Source: Elusimicrobiota bacterium (GTDB lineage: Bacteria > Elusimicrobiota > Elusimicrobia > F11). Taken from it: a stretch of DNA of 33,865 nucleotides. Shown in pieces: positions 8,599 through 17,612 of this stretch. A program made the position numbers and the translations under genes. The DNA is taken from positions 1-33,865 of the forward strand of contig JBJXGI010000032.1 of assembly GCA_046153645.1 (NCBI GenBank). Reading direction: 5' to 3'. Under the pieces are notes generated by a model. That model searched no databases. It saw only the letters and a program-made list of their open reading frames with translations, and was not told the DNA's origin. How positions within the stretch are numbered: position 1 is the first letter of the stretch; each line of letters begins with the position of its first letter.

Positions 8599-11500
8599 AT
8601 GGCTGATAAAAAAGTTCCTTACGTTCATCTCCATAATCACTCAGAGTATAGTCTCCTTGATGGGGCCGCGCGCCTGACTGATGACAAAGGCAAACCTTCT
8701 GAATTCATTCAAACCATGGCGAAAATGGGTTATCCGGCGCTCGGGCTCACCGATCACGGCAATCTTTTTGGAGCAATGGAATTTTATAAGGTTTGTAAAG
8801 ACGTTGGGATTAAACCGATTATTGGAATGGAAGCCTATGTGGCCCCCGCTTCGCGTTTTGACAAAGAAGGTCGGATGGGAGAATCTAATTATCATTTAAC
8901 ATTGCTGGCTACTTCTCGAGAAGGTTATGATAATTTAATTCGTCTATCATCCGCGGCTTATCTCGAAGGGTTTCATTATAAACCCAGAATAGACAAAGAA
9001 ATTCTGGCTAAATATTCAAATGGGCTTATTGGTTTTTCGGGATGTTTAAAGGGCGAAATTCCTTCTGCTTTAAGATCAGATCATCCTGAAAACGCGAAAA
9101 AACTTCTAGATGATTACAAAACAATTTTTGGGCCTGGACGATTTTATATTGAAATCATGGATCATGGTTTAGAGATGCAAAAAACCGTTCTTCCAAAGCT
9201 CGTTGATTTGGCTAAATCAAGTAATACGCCGCTTGTGGCCACCAATGATTGTCATTATTTTAAACGTGATGATCATATGGCTCACGATGTTGTCCTTTGT
9301 ATTGGGACGGGTAAAAAAATTACTGATGAAAAACGCATGAAGTATGGCGCGCCAGAATTTTATTACAAACCGCCCGAAGACATGTTGGAGCGTTTTAAAG
9401 ATCTTCCCGAGTCGCTTAAGTCAACGTTAGAAATTGCCGAACAATGTTCGATGAAAATTGATTTTGATCAACTTCTTCTCCCGAAATACGAAGTGCCTAC
9501 CGGTCACAGTCCAGAGAGTTATCTAAAAGAATTATGTTTGGAAGGTTTGAAAAAGAAAAAGGGGCACATAAATGATGTTTACAGGCAACGCCTGGAATTG
9601 GAACTCAGTGTTATCAATAAAATGGGGTTTGCTCCTTATTTTTTAATTGTTTGGGATTTCATTCATTATGCTCGGAAAAATGGAATTCCTGTAGGTCCTG
9701 GGCGAGGCAGTGGTGCTGGAAGTTTAGTGGCCTATAGTTTGGCCATTACCAGTATCGATCCCATCGAAAATGGACTTTTGTTTGAACGATTTTTGAACCC
9801 AGATCGGCGCAGCATGCCAGACTTGGATATCGATTTTTCAGATGAAGGTCGAGAACAAGTCATTCAATATGTAAAAAATAAATATGGCGAAAATTGTGTT
9901 GCGCAAATTGTGACCTTTGGGTCCATGCTTGCACGCGGCGTTATTCGAGATGTCGGACGTGTACTTGAAATGCCTCTTCCTGAGGTCGACAAAATTGCGG
10001 GAATGATTCCTAAAGAATTGGGAATTACAATAGATGGCGCAATGACTCAGGTTTCCGAACTAAGAGATTTGTATAAAAAAAATCCAGAGGTAAAACGTCT
10101 CATTGATTTGGCGAAAAAAATTGAAGGTTTAAAAAGACACACCGGTGTTCACGCGGCAGGAACGGTTATTTCTCCCGGTGACATTACCGCTTACGTTCCC
10201 TTATCAAAAAATAACAAAGACATTATTACCACTCAGTTCGATGGAGAAATGCTAGCTAAAATGGGACTTTTAAAAGTCGACTTTTTAGGTCTTCGAACGC
10301 TGACTGTTATTAAAGACGCAGTTAACCTTATTAAAGAGCGGCATAATCCGAATTTTGATATTGAACAGATCCCTGTCGATGATAAAAAAACATACGCACT
10401 TTTAGCTCGCGCTGATGTGTCAGGCGTGTTCCAATTGGAATCCTCAGGAATGAGAGATTTGCTACGTAAAATTAAACCGAGCAATTTGTCAGATATTACG
10501 GCTCTTATTTCACTCTATCGCCCAGGGCCCATGGGATCTGGAATGTTAGACGACTATGTCGCCCGAAAAAATGACCCCACAAAAGTGAAATTCGATCATC
10601 CTTTAATGAAGCCGATTTTAGAAGAAACCTATGGGATTATGGTTTATCAAGAACAAGTGATGAGAATTTCTCAAGCCCTGGCGGGGTTTACTCCCGGTGA
10701 AGCCGATGGTCTTCGTAAAGCCATGGGAAAAAAGATTAAAGAAGAATTAGAAAAACAGCGGGGAAAATTTATTGAAGGTTGCGCCAAAAAAGAAATTAAA
10801 GAAAAGTTAGCCAATGAAATTTTTGATTTGATGGCTCACTTCGGCGGTTACGGTTTTAATAAAAGCCACGCCTCAGCTTACGGTTTAATCTCTTATCAAA
10901 CAGCATTTATAAAAGCCAATTTCCCGGTCGAATATATGGCGGCATTATGTACAAGTGAAATTGGCCGATCGAGTATGGCTTCAAAAGAAGAAGAATCTAA
11001 ACTCGTAGGTTACTTAAGCGATTGTCGTGATATGAAAATTGAGGTGCTTCCACCCAGTATTCAGCTTTCTGGTGCTACTTTTACTGTTGAAAATAAAGGT
11101 AATGATCCTCAACCTAAAATTCGTTTTGGGTTGGTGGCTATTAAGAATGTCGGTTCCTTGGCTGTGGAATCGTTAATTCAGAAGCGGAAAGAAGGGGTTT
11201 TTGAATCGCTCCATGATTTTTGTGCGCGTGTTGACACACGATTAGCGAATAAAAAAGTTGTGGAGTCACTGATCAAAGCAGGGGCTTTTGACTCTTTATA
11301 TCCAGAATTGTCCGCAAAACAAGTGCGAGCTCGGGTTTTAGAAAAATTAGAAGATGCGCTCAGTGCCGGTTCAAAACTCAAAGCTGATTCTGATTTTGCC
11401 GCTGAGTCATTGTTTGGTGAAAGTGAAATCAAAGCCATGACCAAAATGCCTTCAACCAATATGCAATCAAAGGCGGAATGGACTGAAGAAGAACTTTTAA

Positions 11501-12198
11501 ATAATGAGAAAGAAGTATTGGGTCTTTATTTATCGGGCCATCCTCTGACGAAATATCGAAAAGAAATGGCGGTTTATACAACGTGTCGATTGGGGCGAAT
11601 GCCAGATTCTGGAATTGTGAGAGTGGCAGGTCACATTTTATCCGTTCGACGCATGACAACCAAACGTGGCAGTTTAATGGCGCGGTTTGTATTGGAAGAT
11701 TTGGAGGGAGAAACCGAAGTGATTGTTTTTCCAAAAGGATTAACTCCAGAGGTCAATGAAATACTGGTTCCTGGTGCTATGTTGGTTGTAAAAGGTGGAA
11801 TTGAAACCCGAGAAGGGGGATTTGAAGGGTCTCCTCGAGCTCTTTTGGCAGAAGAAATTATTACATTCCAAGCTGCCCGTGAAAGATTTGTGCGCGCTAT
11901 TACAATTGATACTCAAAAATCAGGTCTCGATGATTCTCTTTTTAATCGGTTTAAAGAATTATTCGGTAACCATCCTGGTCTTTGCCGTGTTCACCTACTT
12001 TTAAAATCTCAAAAAGGAGAGCCTGTTCTCCTTGAAACCAAAGCAGGAATTAAAGCCACGGACGCTTTTATCCAAGACTTAGAGAAAATGATGGGACCAG
12101 AGTGCTGGACATTTGGGAAACCGACCCTTCAACGTGAAGAGGCATTAAAACCAGCTCAAAATACGACCTCTGCTCCTGAAACAGCGATGATCTCCTAA
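8599..12198 (+). CDS. dnaE: DNA polymerase III alpha subunit (DnaE1 type)
   Basis: PHP domain HLHNHSEYSLLDG/TDHGN, GPGRGSGAGSLVAY, FERFLNPDR.SMPDLDIDF, KVDFLGL, YGFNKSH and a C-terminal OB fold. The 1199-aa length leaves no room for an intein. Confidence 0.99.
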   Translation: MADKKVPYVHLHNHSEYSLLDGAARLTDDKGKPSEFIQTMAKMGYPALGLTDHGNLFGAMEFYKVCKDVGIKPIIGMEAYVAPASRFDKEGRMGESNYHLTLLATSREGYDNLIRLSSAAYLEGFHYKPRIDKEILAKYSNGLIGFSGCLKGEIPSALRSDHPENAKKLLDDYKTIFGPGRFYIEIMDHGLEMQKTVLPKLVDLAKSSNTPLVATNDCHYFKRDDHMAHDVVLCIGTGKKITDEKRMKYGAPEFYYKPPEDMLERFKDLPESLKSTLEIAEQCSMKIDFDQLLLPKYEVPTGHSPESYLKELCLEGLKKKKGHINDVYRQRLELELSVINKMGFAPYFLIVWDFIHYARKNGIPVGPGRGSGAGSLVAYSLAITSIDPIENGLLFERFLNPDRRSMPDLDIDFSDEGREQVIQYVKNKYGENCVAQIVTFGSMLARGVIRDVGRVLEMPLPEVDKIAGMIPKELGITIDGAMTQVSELRDLYKKNPEVKRLIDLAKKIEGLKRHTGVHAAGTVISPGDITAYVPLSKNNKDIITTQFDGEMLAKMGLLKVDFLGLRTLTVIKDAVNLIKERHNPNFDIEQIPVDDKKTYALLARADVSGVFQLESSGMRDLLRKIKPSNLSDITALISLYRPGPMGSGMLDDYVARKNDPTKVKFDHPLMKPILEETYGIMVYQEQVMRISQALAGFTPGEADGLRKAMGKKIKEELEKQRGKFIEGCAKKEIKEKLANEIFDLMAHFGGYGFNKSHASAYGLISYQTAFIKANFPVEYMAALCTSEIGRSSMASKEEESKLVGYLSDCRDMKIEVLPPSIQLSGATFTVENKGNDPQPKIRFGLVAIKNVGSLAVESLIQKRKEGVFESLHDFCARVDTRLANKKVVESLIKAGAFDSLYPELSAKQVRARVLEKLEDALSAGSKLKADSDFAAESLFGESEIKAMTKMPSTNMQSKAEWTEEELLNNEKEVLGLYLSGHPLTKYRKEMAVYTTCRLGRMPDSGIVRVAGHILSVRRMTTKRGSLMARFVLEDLEGETEVIVFPKGLTPEVNEILVPGAMLVVKGGIETREGGFEGSPRALLAEEIITFQAARERFVRAITIDTQKSGLDDSLFNRFKELFGNHPGLCRVHLLLKSQKGEPVLLETKAGIKATDAFIQDLEKMMGPECWTFGKPTLQREEALKPAQNTTSAPETAMIS

Positions 12199-12230
12199 TT
12201 CGTCTCTACTTTTAAATTCGTTTTTAACCA

Positions 12231-12259
12231 TTGATAGTTTCGCAAAGTTCGATTACTCT
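12231..12259 (+). promoter_or_regulatory. Putative sigma70 promoter for the response regulator
   Basis: TTGATA (12231-12236), a 17-nt spacer, then TACTCT (12254-12259). SD GGGAG lies before TTG 12291. Confidence 0.5.
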
Positions 12260-12290
12260 TACTTAAGTTGCCTTAACAAGGGAGAAAACT

Positions 12291-12656
12291 TTGTCTAAAA
12301 TTTTAATTGCCGACGATGAAGAAGGTCTTTTAGAACTCATTCGATTTACTTTGGATGCGGTGGGGTATCAAGTTCACGCCGTTAAGAATGGGAAAGAAGC
12401 GTTAGACGCCTCTCGACAAGAACCTTATGATCTCGTTGTTTTAGATGTCATGATGCCCCAAATGGACGGTTATCATGCGGCCAGAGAAATGAATGACAAC
12501 CCCAGTGCCCCTCCTATCTTATTATTAACTTCAAGAGATTTCGATCAAGACCAAGCCGCCATCAAAGGCTCCGGCGCCACCGCCTTCTTAGCCAAACCCT
12601 TCGAAGTCGCCGAACTTTTAAGCGTTGTACAAGATCTGCTTAAAAAGAATAAATAG
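12291..12656 (+). CDS. Single-domain response regulator (REC / CheY-like)
   Basis: KILIADDE, DLVVLDVMMPQMDG (phospho-Asp), LLTS, FLAKPF. 121 aa with no output domain. Confidence 0.95.
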   Translation: MSKILIADDEEGLLELIRFTLDAVGYQVHAVKNGKEALDASRQEPYDLVVLDVMMPQMDGYHAAREMNDNPSAPPILLLTSRDFDQDQAAIKGSGATAFLAKPFEVAELLSVVQDLLKKNK

Positions 12657-12685
12657 CACTTTAGATTCTCATCGATAGCTTTTCA

Positions 12686-12715
12686 TTGACCGAAACCCCC
12701 AGAAACCGCTAAAAT
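12686..12715 (+). promoter_or_regulatory. Putative sigma70 promoter for the OMP-accA run
   Basis: TTGACC (12686-12691), an 18-nt spacer, then TAAAAT (12710-12715). Confidence 0.55.
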
Positions 12716-12770
12716 CACAACCTCACCGATGGAATAATCCTTTGGCAGAAGCGGTACAACGAGGTTTTTG

Positions 12771-13499
12771 ATGCTTTTAAGAAAAATAACATTGATTAGT
12801 GCTTTTTTGCTCATTTCTTTGGGCTTAAATGCCCGTGATCGAGTTGAATTAGAAAACAGACCTATTGAAATTATTGATACTCCCACCGCTTTAACTTTAG
12901 ATCATTATGGTTACAATGCCACTTTTCGTTTCGGGCGTGATGGAAACCTTCAAAATAAGACTCTTTTTGGCGTGCTTCCTCGGTTGAACTTGGGGTTTGG
13001 TTTGGATTCAGAAAAAGTGATTGGCTCCCAAAGTGCTCGAATGAATAAACCCACGATTAATGTGAAATTTAAACTTTTTGACGGAGCTCAATTTATTCCC
13101 GCTTTGGCCTTGGGTTTTGATGGCCAAGGATATGTTTTTAACCGAACAACGGACGAATACGAACAGCGTGAAAAAGGGTTATATTTGGTTGGAACCAGCG
13201 AAATTTTTTATAAAAATTTGCTGTTGAATTATGGAGGAAATGTTTTTGATTTTGATGAAGGCAATTCAACCAGAGGATTTATAGGTCTTAATTATAGCTA
13301 CCAAAAAATGTTTGGTCTTATGTTTGAGTATGACCACCTTTCTCATTACCGGGAACGTCGTATCAATTATGGATTGAAATATTTTGTCTCACCTATGTTT
13401 ACGGTTGATGTGATTGCTAGGAATTTGCCTAAATATTCACGAGCCAAAACTCGAGAGACAGAACGAATTGTTAAACTTTCCTATACAGGATCATTTTAA
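12771..13499 (+). CDS. Outer-membrane beta-barrel protein, YjbH-domain-like
   Basis: Signal peptide, IIDTPTA motif near the mature N-terminus, alternating aromatic/hydrophobic beta strands, and a C-terminal LSYTGSF (terminal Phe, BAM signal). Start is ATG 12771 or TTG 12768. Confidence 0.7.
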   Translation: MLLRKITLISAFLLISLGLNARDRVELENRPIEIIDTPTALTLDHYGYNATFRFGRDGNLQNKTLFGVLPRLNLGFGLDSEKVIGSQSARMNKPTINVKFKLFDGAQFIPALALGFDGQGYVFNRTTDEYEQREKGLYLVGTSEIFYKNLLLNYGGNVFDFDEGNSTRGFIGLNYSYQKMFGLMFEYDHLSHYRERRINYGLKYFVSPMFTVDVIARNLPKYSRAKTRETERIVKLSYTGSF

Positions 13500-14500
13500 T
13501 GGCTGAAGAAGTATTACTTGAATTCGAAAAACCTATTTCTGAAATTGAATCTCAAATTCAAGCTCTGGAGACACGTAAAGAGTCGGGAGAAAAAGGGTTA
13601 GATTCTCAAATTAAAACGCTTTCCAAAGAATGCCAGACTCTGAAAGAAAAAATTTATGCCAATTTATCTGCCTGGCAGAGAGTCCAATTGGCCCGTCACC
13701 CGAAGCGACCTTATTTGGGGGATTACATTCCACGACTTTTTGATGATTTTATTGAACTTCATGGAGACCGTTTGTTTGGTGATGATGCGGCTCTTCTGGG
13801 CGGAATTGCAACGTTGAAAGGTATTCCCGTTGTAGTTGTTGGACATAAAAAAGGCCGAACTCTTCAAGAAGCTCTTGAACAAAATTTTGGAATGCCTCAC
13901 CCGGAGGGGTATCGAAAAGCACTCCGACTAATGGATTTGGCAGAACGCTTTCATATGTCGGTTTTATGTTTTGTTGATACAGCTGGTGCTTATCCTGGAA
14001 TTGGGGCTGAAGAACGGGGACAAGCAGAAGCGATTGCCCGCAACTTAAGAGAAATGGCCCTGTTAAAGGTTCCGATTATTGTGACTGTGATAGGTGAGGG
14101 AGGGTCTGGCGGGGCCTTAGCTATAGGGGTGGGAGATCGAATCCTTATGCTTGAAAATGCATGGTACTCCGTTATTTCACCAGAAGGTTGTGCTGCTATT
14201 TTGTTTCATGATTCAGCCAAATCAACGGTTGCAGCTGAATCGTTGAAAATTACAGCACCTGACTTAAAGAAAATGAAAATTATTGATGAAATTATTGAAG
14301 AACCTTTAGGCGGAGCACAAAAAGACCCTGATTTCACAGCCAACAACATCAAAGAGTCTATTTATAAACATTTGAAAGTATTATTGGAGTTAAACAAGGA
14401 AAAACTACTATCCCAACGTTATGAAAAATTTCGTACTATGGGCGCCTGGCAGGAAAGAAAATCACCCTCCGCAGGTCAAAGAAAAAAGAAGCGGTCCTAA
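13499..14500 (+). CDS. accA: Acetyl-CoA carboxylase carboxyltransferase alpha subunit
   Basis: [76 protein letters not shown]. Confidence 0.98.
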   Translation: MAEEVLLEFEKPISEIESQIQALETRKESGEKGLDSQIKTLSKECQTLKEKIYANLSAWQRVQLARHPKRPYLGDYIPRLFDDFIELHGDRLFGDDAALLGGIATLKGIPVVVVGHKKGRTLQEALEQNFGMPHPEGYRKALRLMDLAERFHMSVLCFVDTAGAYPGIGAEERGQAEAIARNLREMALLKVPIIVTVIGEGGSGGALAIGVGDRILMLENAWYSVISPEGCAAILFHDSAKSTVAAESLKITAPDLKKMKIIDEIIEEPLGGAQKDPDFTANNIKESIYKHLKVLLELNKEKLLSQRYEKFRTMGAWQERKSPSAGQRKKKRS

Positions 14501-14541
14501 AAAAAAACCATTTAATAAATAGAATGAAGGAGATTATGAAT

Positions 14542-15594
14542 ATGTCGTTAGATATTGAAGCATTATTAGGTTCAGAAGCTAAAGCCCTCTTGGAGCATAA
14601 ATGTAAGGCCATTCCAAAAGAAACCATTCACATTCCCACACCAGATTATGTTGATAAATCTTATGCGCTTTCTGACCGACCCACGCCCGTTTTAAAAAGT
14701 CTTCAAGCGTTGTTTGATAATGGACGCCTTCGAGGTACAGGTTATCTTTCTATTCTTCCCGTCGATCAGGGCATTGAGCATTCCGCCGGTGCTTCATTTG
14801 CGCCCAATCCTATTTATTTTGACTCTGAAAATATTGTGAAACTTGCCATTGAAGGAGGAGCCAATGCGGTTGCTTCTACTTTGGGTGTTTTGGGCTCAGT
14901 TTCAAGAAAATATGCGCACAAAATTCCTTTCATTTTGAAAATCAATCACAATGAAATTTTATCTTATCCCAATACCTTTGATGAAACCATGTACGGCAGC
15001 GTTAAGCAGGCTTTTGATATGGGTTGTGTTGCTATCGGTGCGACTATTTATTTTGGTTCCGCTGAATCTCGCAGACAAATTTGGGAAGTGAGTCAAGCTT
15101 TCCAACAAGCGCATGAACTGGGAATGGGAACCATTCTCTGGTGTTACACTCGTAATAATGCGTTCAAAACCAAAGAAAAAGATTTTCACGTTTCAGCTGA
15201 TTTAACCGGTCAAGCCAATCATTTGGGGGTTACCATAGAAGCTGACATCATTAAACAAAAATTGCCAGAAAATAATGGCGGATACAATGCCATTAACTTC
15301 GGTAAAACAGATAAACGAGTTTATAGCGATCTCACCACCGATCATCCTATTGATTTAACGCGTTATCAGGTTGCCAATTGTTATATGGGCCGTGCGGGAC
15401 TTATTAATTCTGGTGGAGCTTCCGGCTCTAATGATTTAGCCGAAGCTGTTAAAACCGCAGTTATTAATAAGAGAGCCGGTGGAATGGGACTTATTTCCGG
15501 ACGAAAAGCGTTTCAACGCCCTATGAATGAAGGTGTAAAGATTTTAAATGCCATTCAAGATGTTTACCTTTCCAGCAAAGTGACGATTGCATAA
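14542..15594 (+). CDS. fbaB: Class I fructose-bisphosphate aldolase (FbaB/DhnA type)
   Basis: [36 protein letters not shown] (Schiff-base Lys), [18 protein letters not shown]. Start chosen at ATG 14542 behind SD AAGGAG; alternatives are 14536 and 14524. Confidence 0.96.
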   Translation: MSLDIEALLGSEAKALLEHKCKAIPKETIHIPTPDYVDKSYALSDRPTPVLKSLQALFDNGRLRGTGYLSILPVDQGIEHSAGASFAPNPIYFDSENIVKLAIEGGANAVASTLGVLGSVSRKYAHKIPFILKINHNEILSYPNTFDETMYGSVKQAFDMGCVAIGATIYFGSAESRRQIWEVSQAFQQAHELGMGTILWCYTRNNAFKTKEKDFHVSADLTGQANHLGVTIEADIIKQKLPENNGGYNAINFGKTDKRVYSDLTTDHPIDLTRYQVANCYMGRAGLINSGGASGSNDLAEAVKTAVINKRAGGMGLISGRKAFQRPMNEGVKILNAIQDVYLSSKVTIA

Positions 15595-15598
15595 CAAT

Positions 15599-15631
15599 CG
15601 TCATCCCCGATAGAGACATTCGGGAATGATG
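15599..15631. repeat. REP-like intergenic hairpin
   Basis: CGTCATCCCCGA-TAGAGACAT-TCGGGAATGATG is a 12-position stem with one mismatch and one G-U pair, starting 5 nt after the fbaB stop. No U-tract follows. Confidence 0.55.
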
Positions 15632-15659
15632 TAGTTGAGAATATTTCGGAGGAAGTGAC

Positions 15660-16691
15660 ATGTCAAAAAATATTGGAATTTTAACTGGCGGCGGAGATTG
15701 CCCCGGACTTAATCCCGCCATTCGTGGCGTTGTGATGCGTGGTCTTGACCATGGTTTTAAATTTACGGGTTTCCTTGAAGGATGGAGAGGTTTGGTTGAA
15801 GGAAAAACTCGAGTTCTGACACTTGAAGATGTTCAAGATATCACCAAACTTGGTGGTACGATTCTTAAAACATCTCGAACCAATCCTTTTAAAAAAGAAG
15901 GCGCAGTAGAAAAGGTTTTGGCTAATCTCAAAAAATTCAATATTGATGCCTTGGTTGCTCTTGGCGGAGAAGATACGTTGGGTGTTGCAACCCGGCTTTT
16001 TTCCGAACATAAAGTAAATGTCATTGGTGTTCCAAAAACCATGGACAATGATTTATCTTCTACTGATTTTACTTTTGGATTTGATACAGCTACGGCGCTT
16101 TCTGTTGATGCGGCAGAACGATTAAAAGATACGGGGGCCAGTCACTCTCGAATTATGGTTTTGGAAGTTATGGGTCGTCATGCTGGGTGGGTTGCTTTGT
16201 ATACAGGAATTGCGGCTTCAGCCGATTGGATTTTGGTTCCTGAAAAGAAACCTGAAATTGAAAAGATGTGTGAGCATCTAAAAAAAGCCCATGCTCGTAA
16301 AGGCGTGGCTCTTGTTGTGGCATCTGAGGGAATTGAGCTTCCAGGCGACGACATGGAAAAAATGGAAAAAGATCAATTTGGGCATATGCTTCTTAAAAAT
16401 CGCGGTGTCGCTGAAGAACTGGCCAAGATTATTGAAAAAAACACAGGAGTTGAAACCCGTGCTGCGACCATTGGGCATATGCAACGTGGAGGAGCACCAA
16501 CATTATTTGATCGCGTTCTTGGTCTTCGTGTGGGGGCGGCTGCCGCTGATTTAGTTGCCAACGGAAATTTTGGAAAAATGACCGCTCTTCGTGGAACTGA
16601 AATTGTTTCTGTTCCTTTAAAAGACGCTACAGGAACTTTAAAAGTTGTCACTCCTGATTGGATGAAGTTCGCCGAAGTTTTCTGGAAGTAA
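15660..16691 (+). CDS. pfkA: 6-phosphofructokinase (PfkA family, mixed-substrate group III-like; PPi or ATP)
   Basis: GILTGGGDCPGLN, GGTIL.TSR, LGGEDT, VPKTMDND, EVMGRHAGW, GHMQRGG, and SD GGAGG. Confidence 0.95.
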   Translation: MSKNIGILTGGGDCPGLNPAIRGVVMRGLDHGFKFTGFLEGWRGLVEGKTRVLTLEDVQDITKLGGTILKTSRTNPFKKEGAVEKVLANLKKFNIDALVALGGEDTLGVATRLFSEHKVNVIGVPKTMDNDLSSTDFTFGFDTATALSVDAAERLKDTGASHSRIMVLEVMGRHAGWVALYTGIAASADWILVPEKKPEIEKMCEHLKKAHARKGVALVVASEGIELPGDDMEKMEKDQFGHMLLKNRGVAEELAKIIEKNTGVETRAATIGHMQRGGAPTLFDRVLGLRVGAAAADLVANGNFGKMTALRGTEIVSVPLKDATGTLKVVTPDWMKFAEVFWK

Positions 16692-16695
16692 GCTT

Positions 16696-16974
16696 ATGCT
16701 TCAGTTCGATTGGGATCTGCATAAAGTCAAATCGAACATTAAAAAACATGGTGTTAATTTTAATGAAGCTGCGACAGTTTTTTCTGACCCCTTATCTGCG
16801 TCATTCCCTGACCCAGATCACTCCCTCCTCGAAAGTAGGTATATTCTTATAGGCATGTCTGAAGAAAATAAACTTTTAGTTGTGTCATATGTCGAATATT
16901 CTGGCATTATTCGTATTATAAGTTCACGGAAAGCGACGAAGTTTGAGAGGAGGTATTATGAAGAAGAAAAATAA
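16696..16974 (+). CDS. brnT: BrnT family toxin (DUF497 ribonuclease)
   Basis: FDWD..K..SN..KHGV.F.EA..VF.DP, DPDHS..E.RY..IG, LLVV, IRIISSRKATK.ER..YE. Confidence 0.92.
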   Translation: MLQFDWDLHKVKSNIKKHGVNFNEAATVFSDPLSASFPDPDHSLLESRYILIGMSEENKLLVVSYVEYSGIIRIISSRKATKFERRYYEEEK

Positions 16975-17185
16975 ATCCGATATTGCTGATCTTCGGTCTG
17001 AATATAATTTTTACAGTTTAAAAAATGCTGTGAGGGGAAAATATGTTTCTCGTTATCGTTCTGGGACTAATCTCATTCACTTAGCTCCTGATGTGGCGAA
17101 AGCTTTCCCTAATGAAGATAGTGTTAACGAAACGTTACGTTCTCTTATTAAACTCGCCAAAATTCAAACTGCTCGTGCACACTAA
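16958..17185 (+). CDS. Cognate antitoxin of BrnT (BrnA-like)
   Basis: 75 aa, overlaps the toxin 3' end, SD GAGGAGG before ATG 16958. The pattern LRSEY.F...VRGKY..RY..G...L.PDVA..FP...VN..LR.L is typical of genes following brnT. Confidence 0.8.
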   Translation: MKKKNKSDIADLRSEYNFYSLKNAVRGKYVSRYRSGTNLIHLAPDVAKAFPNEDSVNETLRSLIKLAKIQTARAH

Positions 17186-17612
17186 TAATAGTAATAACCC
17201 TCAATCATTTTCCTTTGATGTTCGAATTTCCTATGCGGATACTGATCGTATGGGGGTTGTGTATTACGCAAATTATTTCACGTTATTTGAAAAAGGAAGA
17301 ACGGAACTGCTTCGAAATATGGGGCTGCGCTACCGCGATTTAGAAGAAGTGGATCATGTGTATTTACCTGTTATTGACGCGCAGTGCAAATATGTAAAAC
17401 CAGCTAAATATGATGATTTAATTCGAGTCACAACAACCATTAAACATTTAGGTGGGGCCTCCATTGATTTTGATTATGAAATTACCGACGCGGAAACGGG
17501 AGTGAAGTTAGCACAGGGTTTTACGCGTCACCCCTTTGTTAATAATCAGTGGAAACCCGTTCGAGTGCCGAAACATTTGAAAGAAAAAGTAGATTCCTCT
17601 TCCCTTGCGTAA
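17175..17612 (+). CDS. Acyl-CoA thioesterase, YbgC/FadM (4HBT) family
   Basis: VRISYADTDRMGVVYYANY..LFEKGRTELLR and C.Y.KPAKYDD. Likely start is GTG 17175; the ORF-track start 17091 lies deep inside the antitoxin gene. Confidence 0.92.
   Translation: MHTNNSNNPQSFSFDVRISYADTDRMGVVYYANYFTLFEKGRTELLRNMGLRYRDLEEVDHVYLPVIDAQCKYVKPAKYDDLIRVTTTIKHLGGASIDFDYEITDAETGVKLAQGFTRHPFVNNQWKPVRVPKHLKEKVDSSSLA

Noticed and set aside
8599..12198. Possible intein or split in dnaE
   Set aside because: The length is normal (1199 aa), motifs are continuous, and no intein splice-junction or LAGLIDADG motifs were seen.
12725..12760. CCGATGG leader resembling the start of a fluoride (crcB) riboswitch
   Set aside because: It lacks the pseudoknot pairing and the downstream GCTRATGAC-type consensus, and the downstream gene is not fluoride-related. 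It is kept only as an unassigned structured leader.
16798..16812. GCGTCATTCCCTGAC in brnT resembling the REP-like arm
   Set aside because: It has no complementary second arm and encodes the family-typical S-F-P-D-P-D-H-S segment.
17091..17174. Extended N-termini in the ORF track (thioesterase 17091; also rimI 110, pcrA 20614, gatC 22973, 24719, antitoxin 16943)
   Set aside because: They overlap upstream genes. Family N-termini, SD positions or stop/start overlaps favour the downstream starts.
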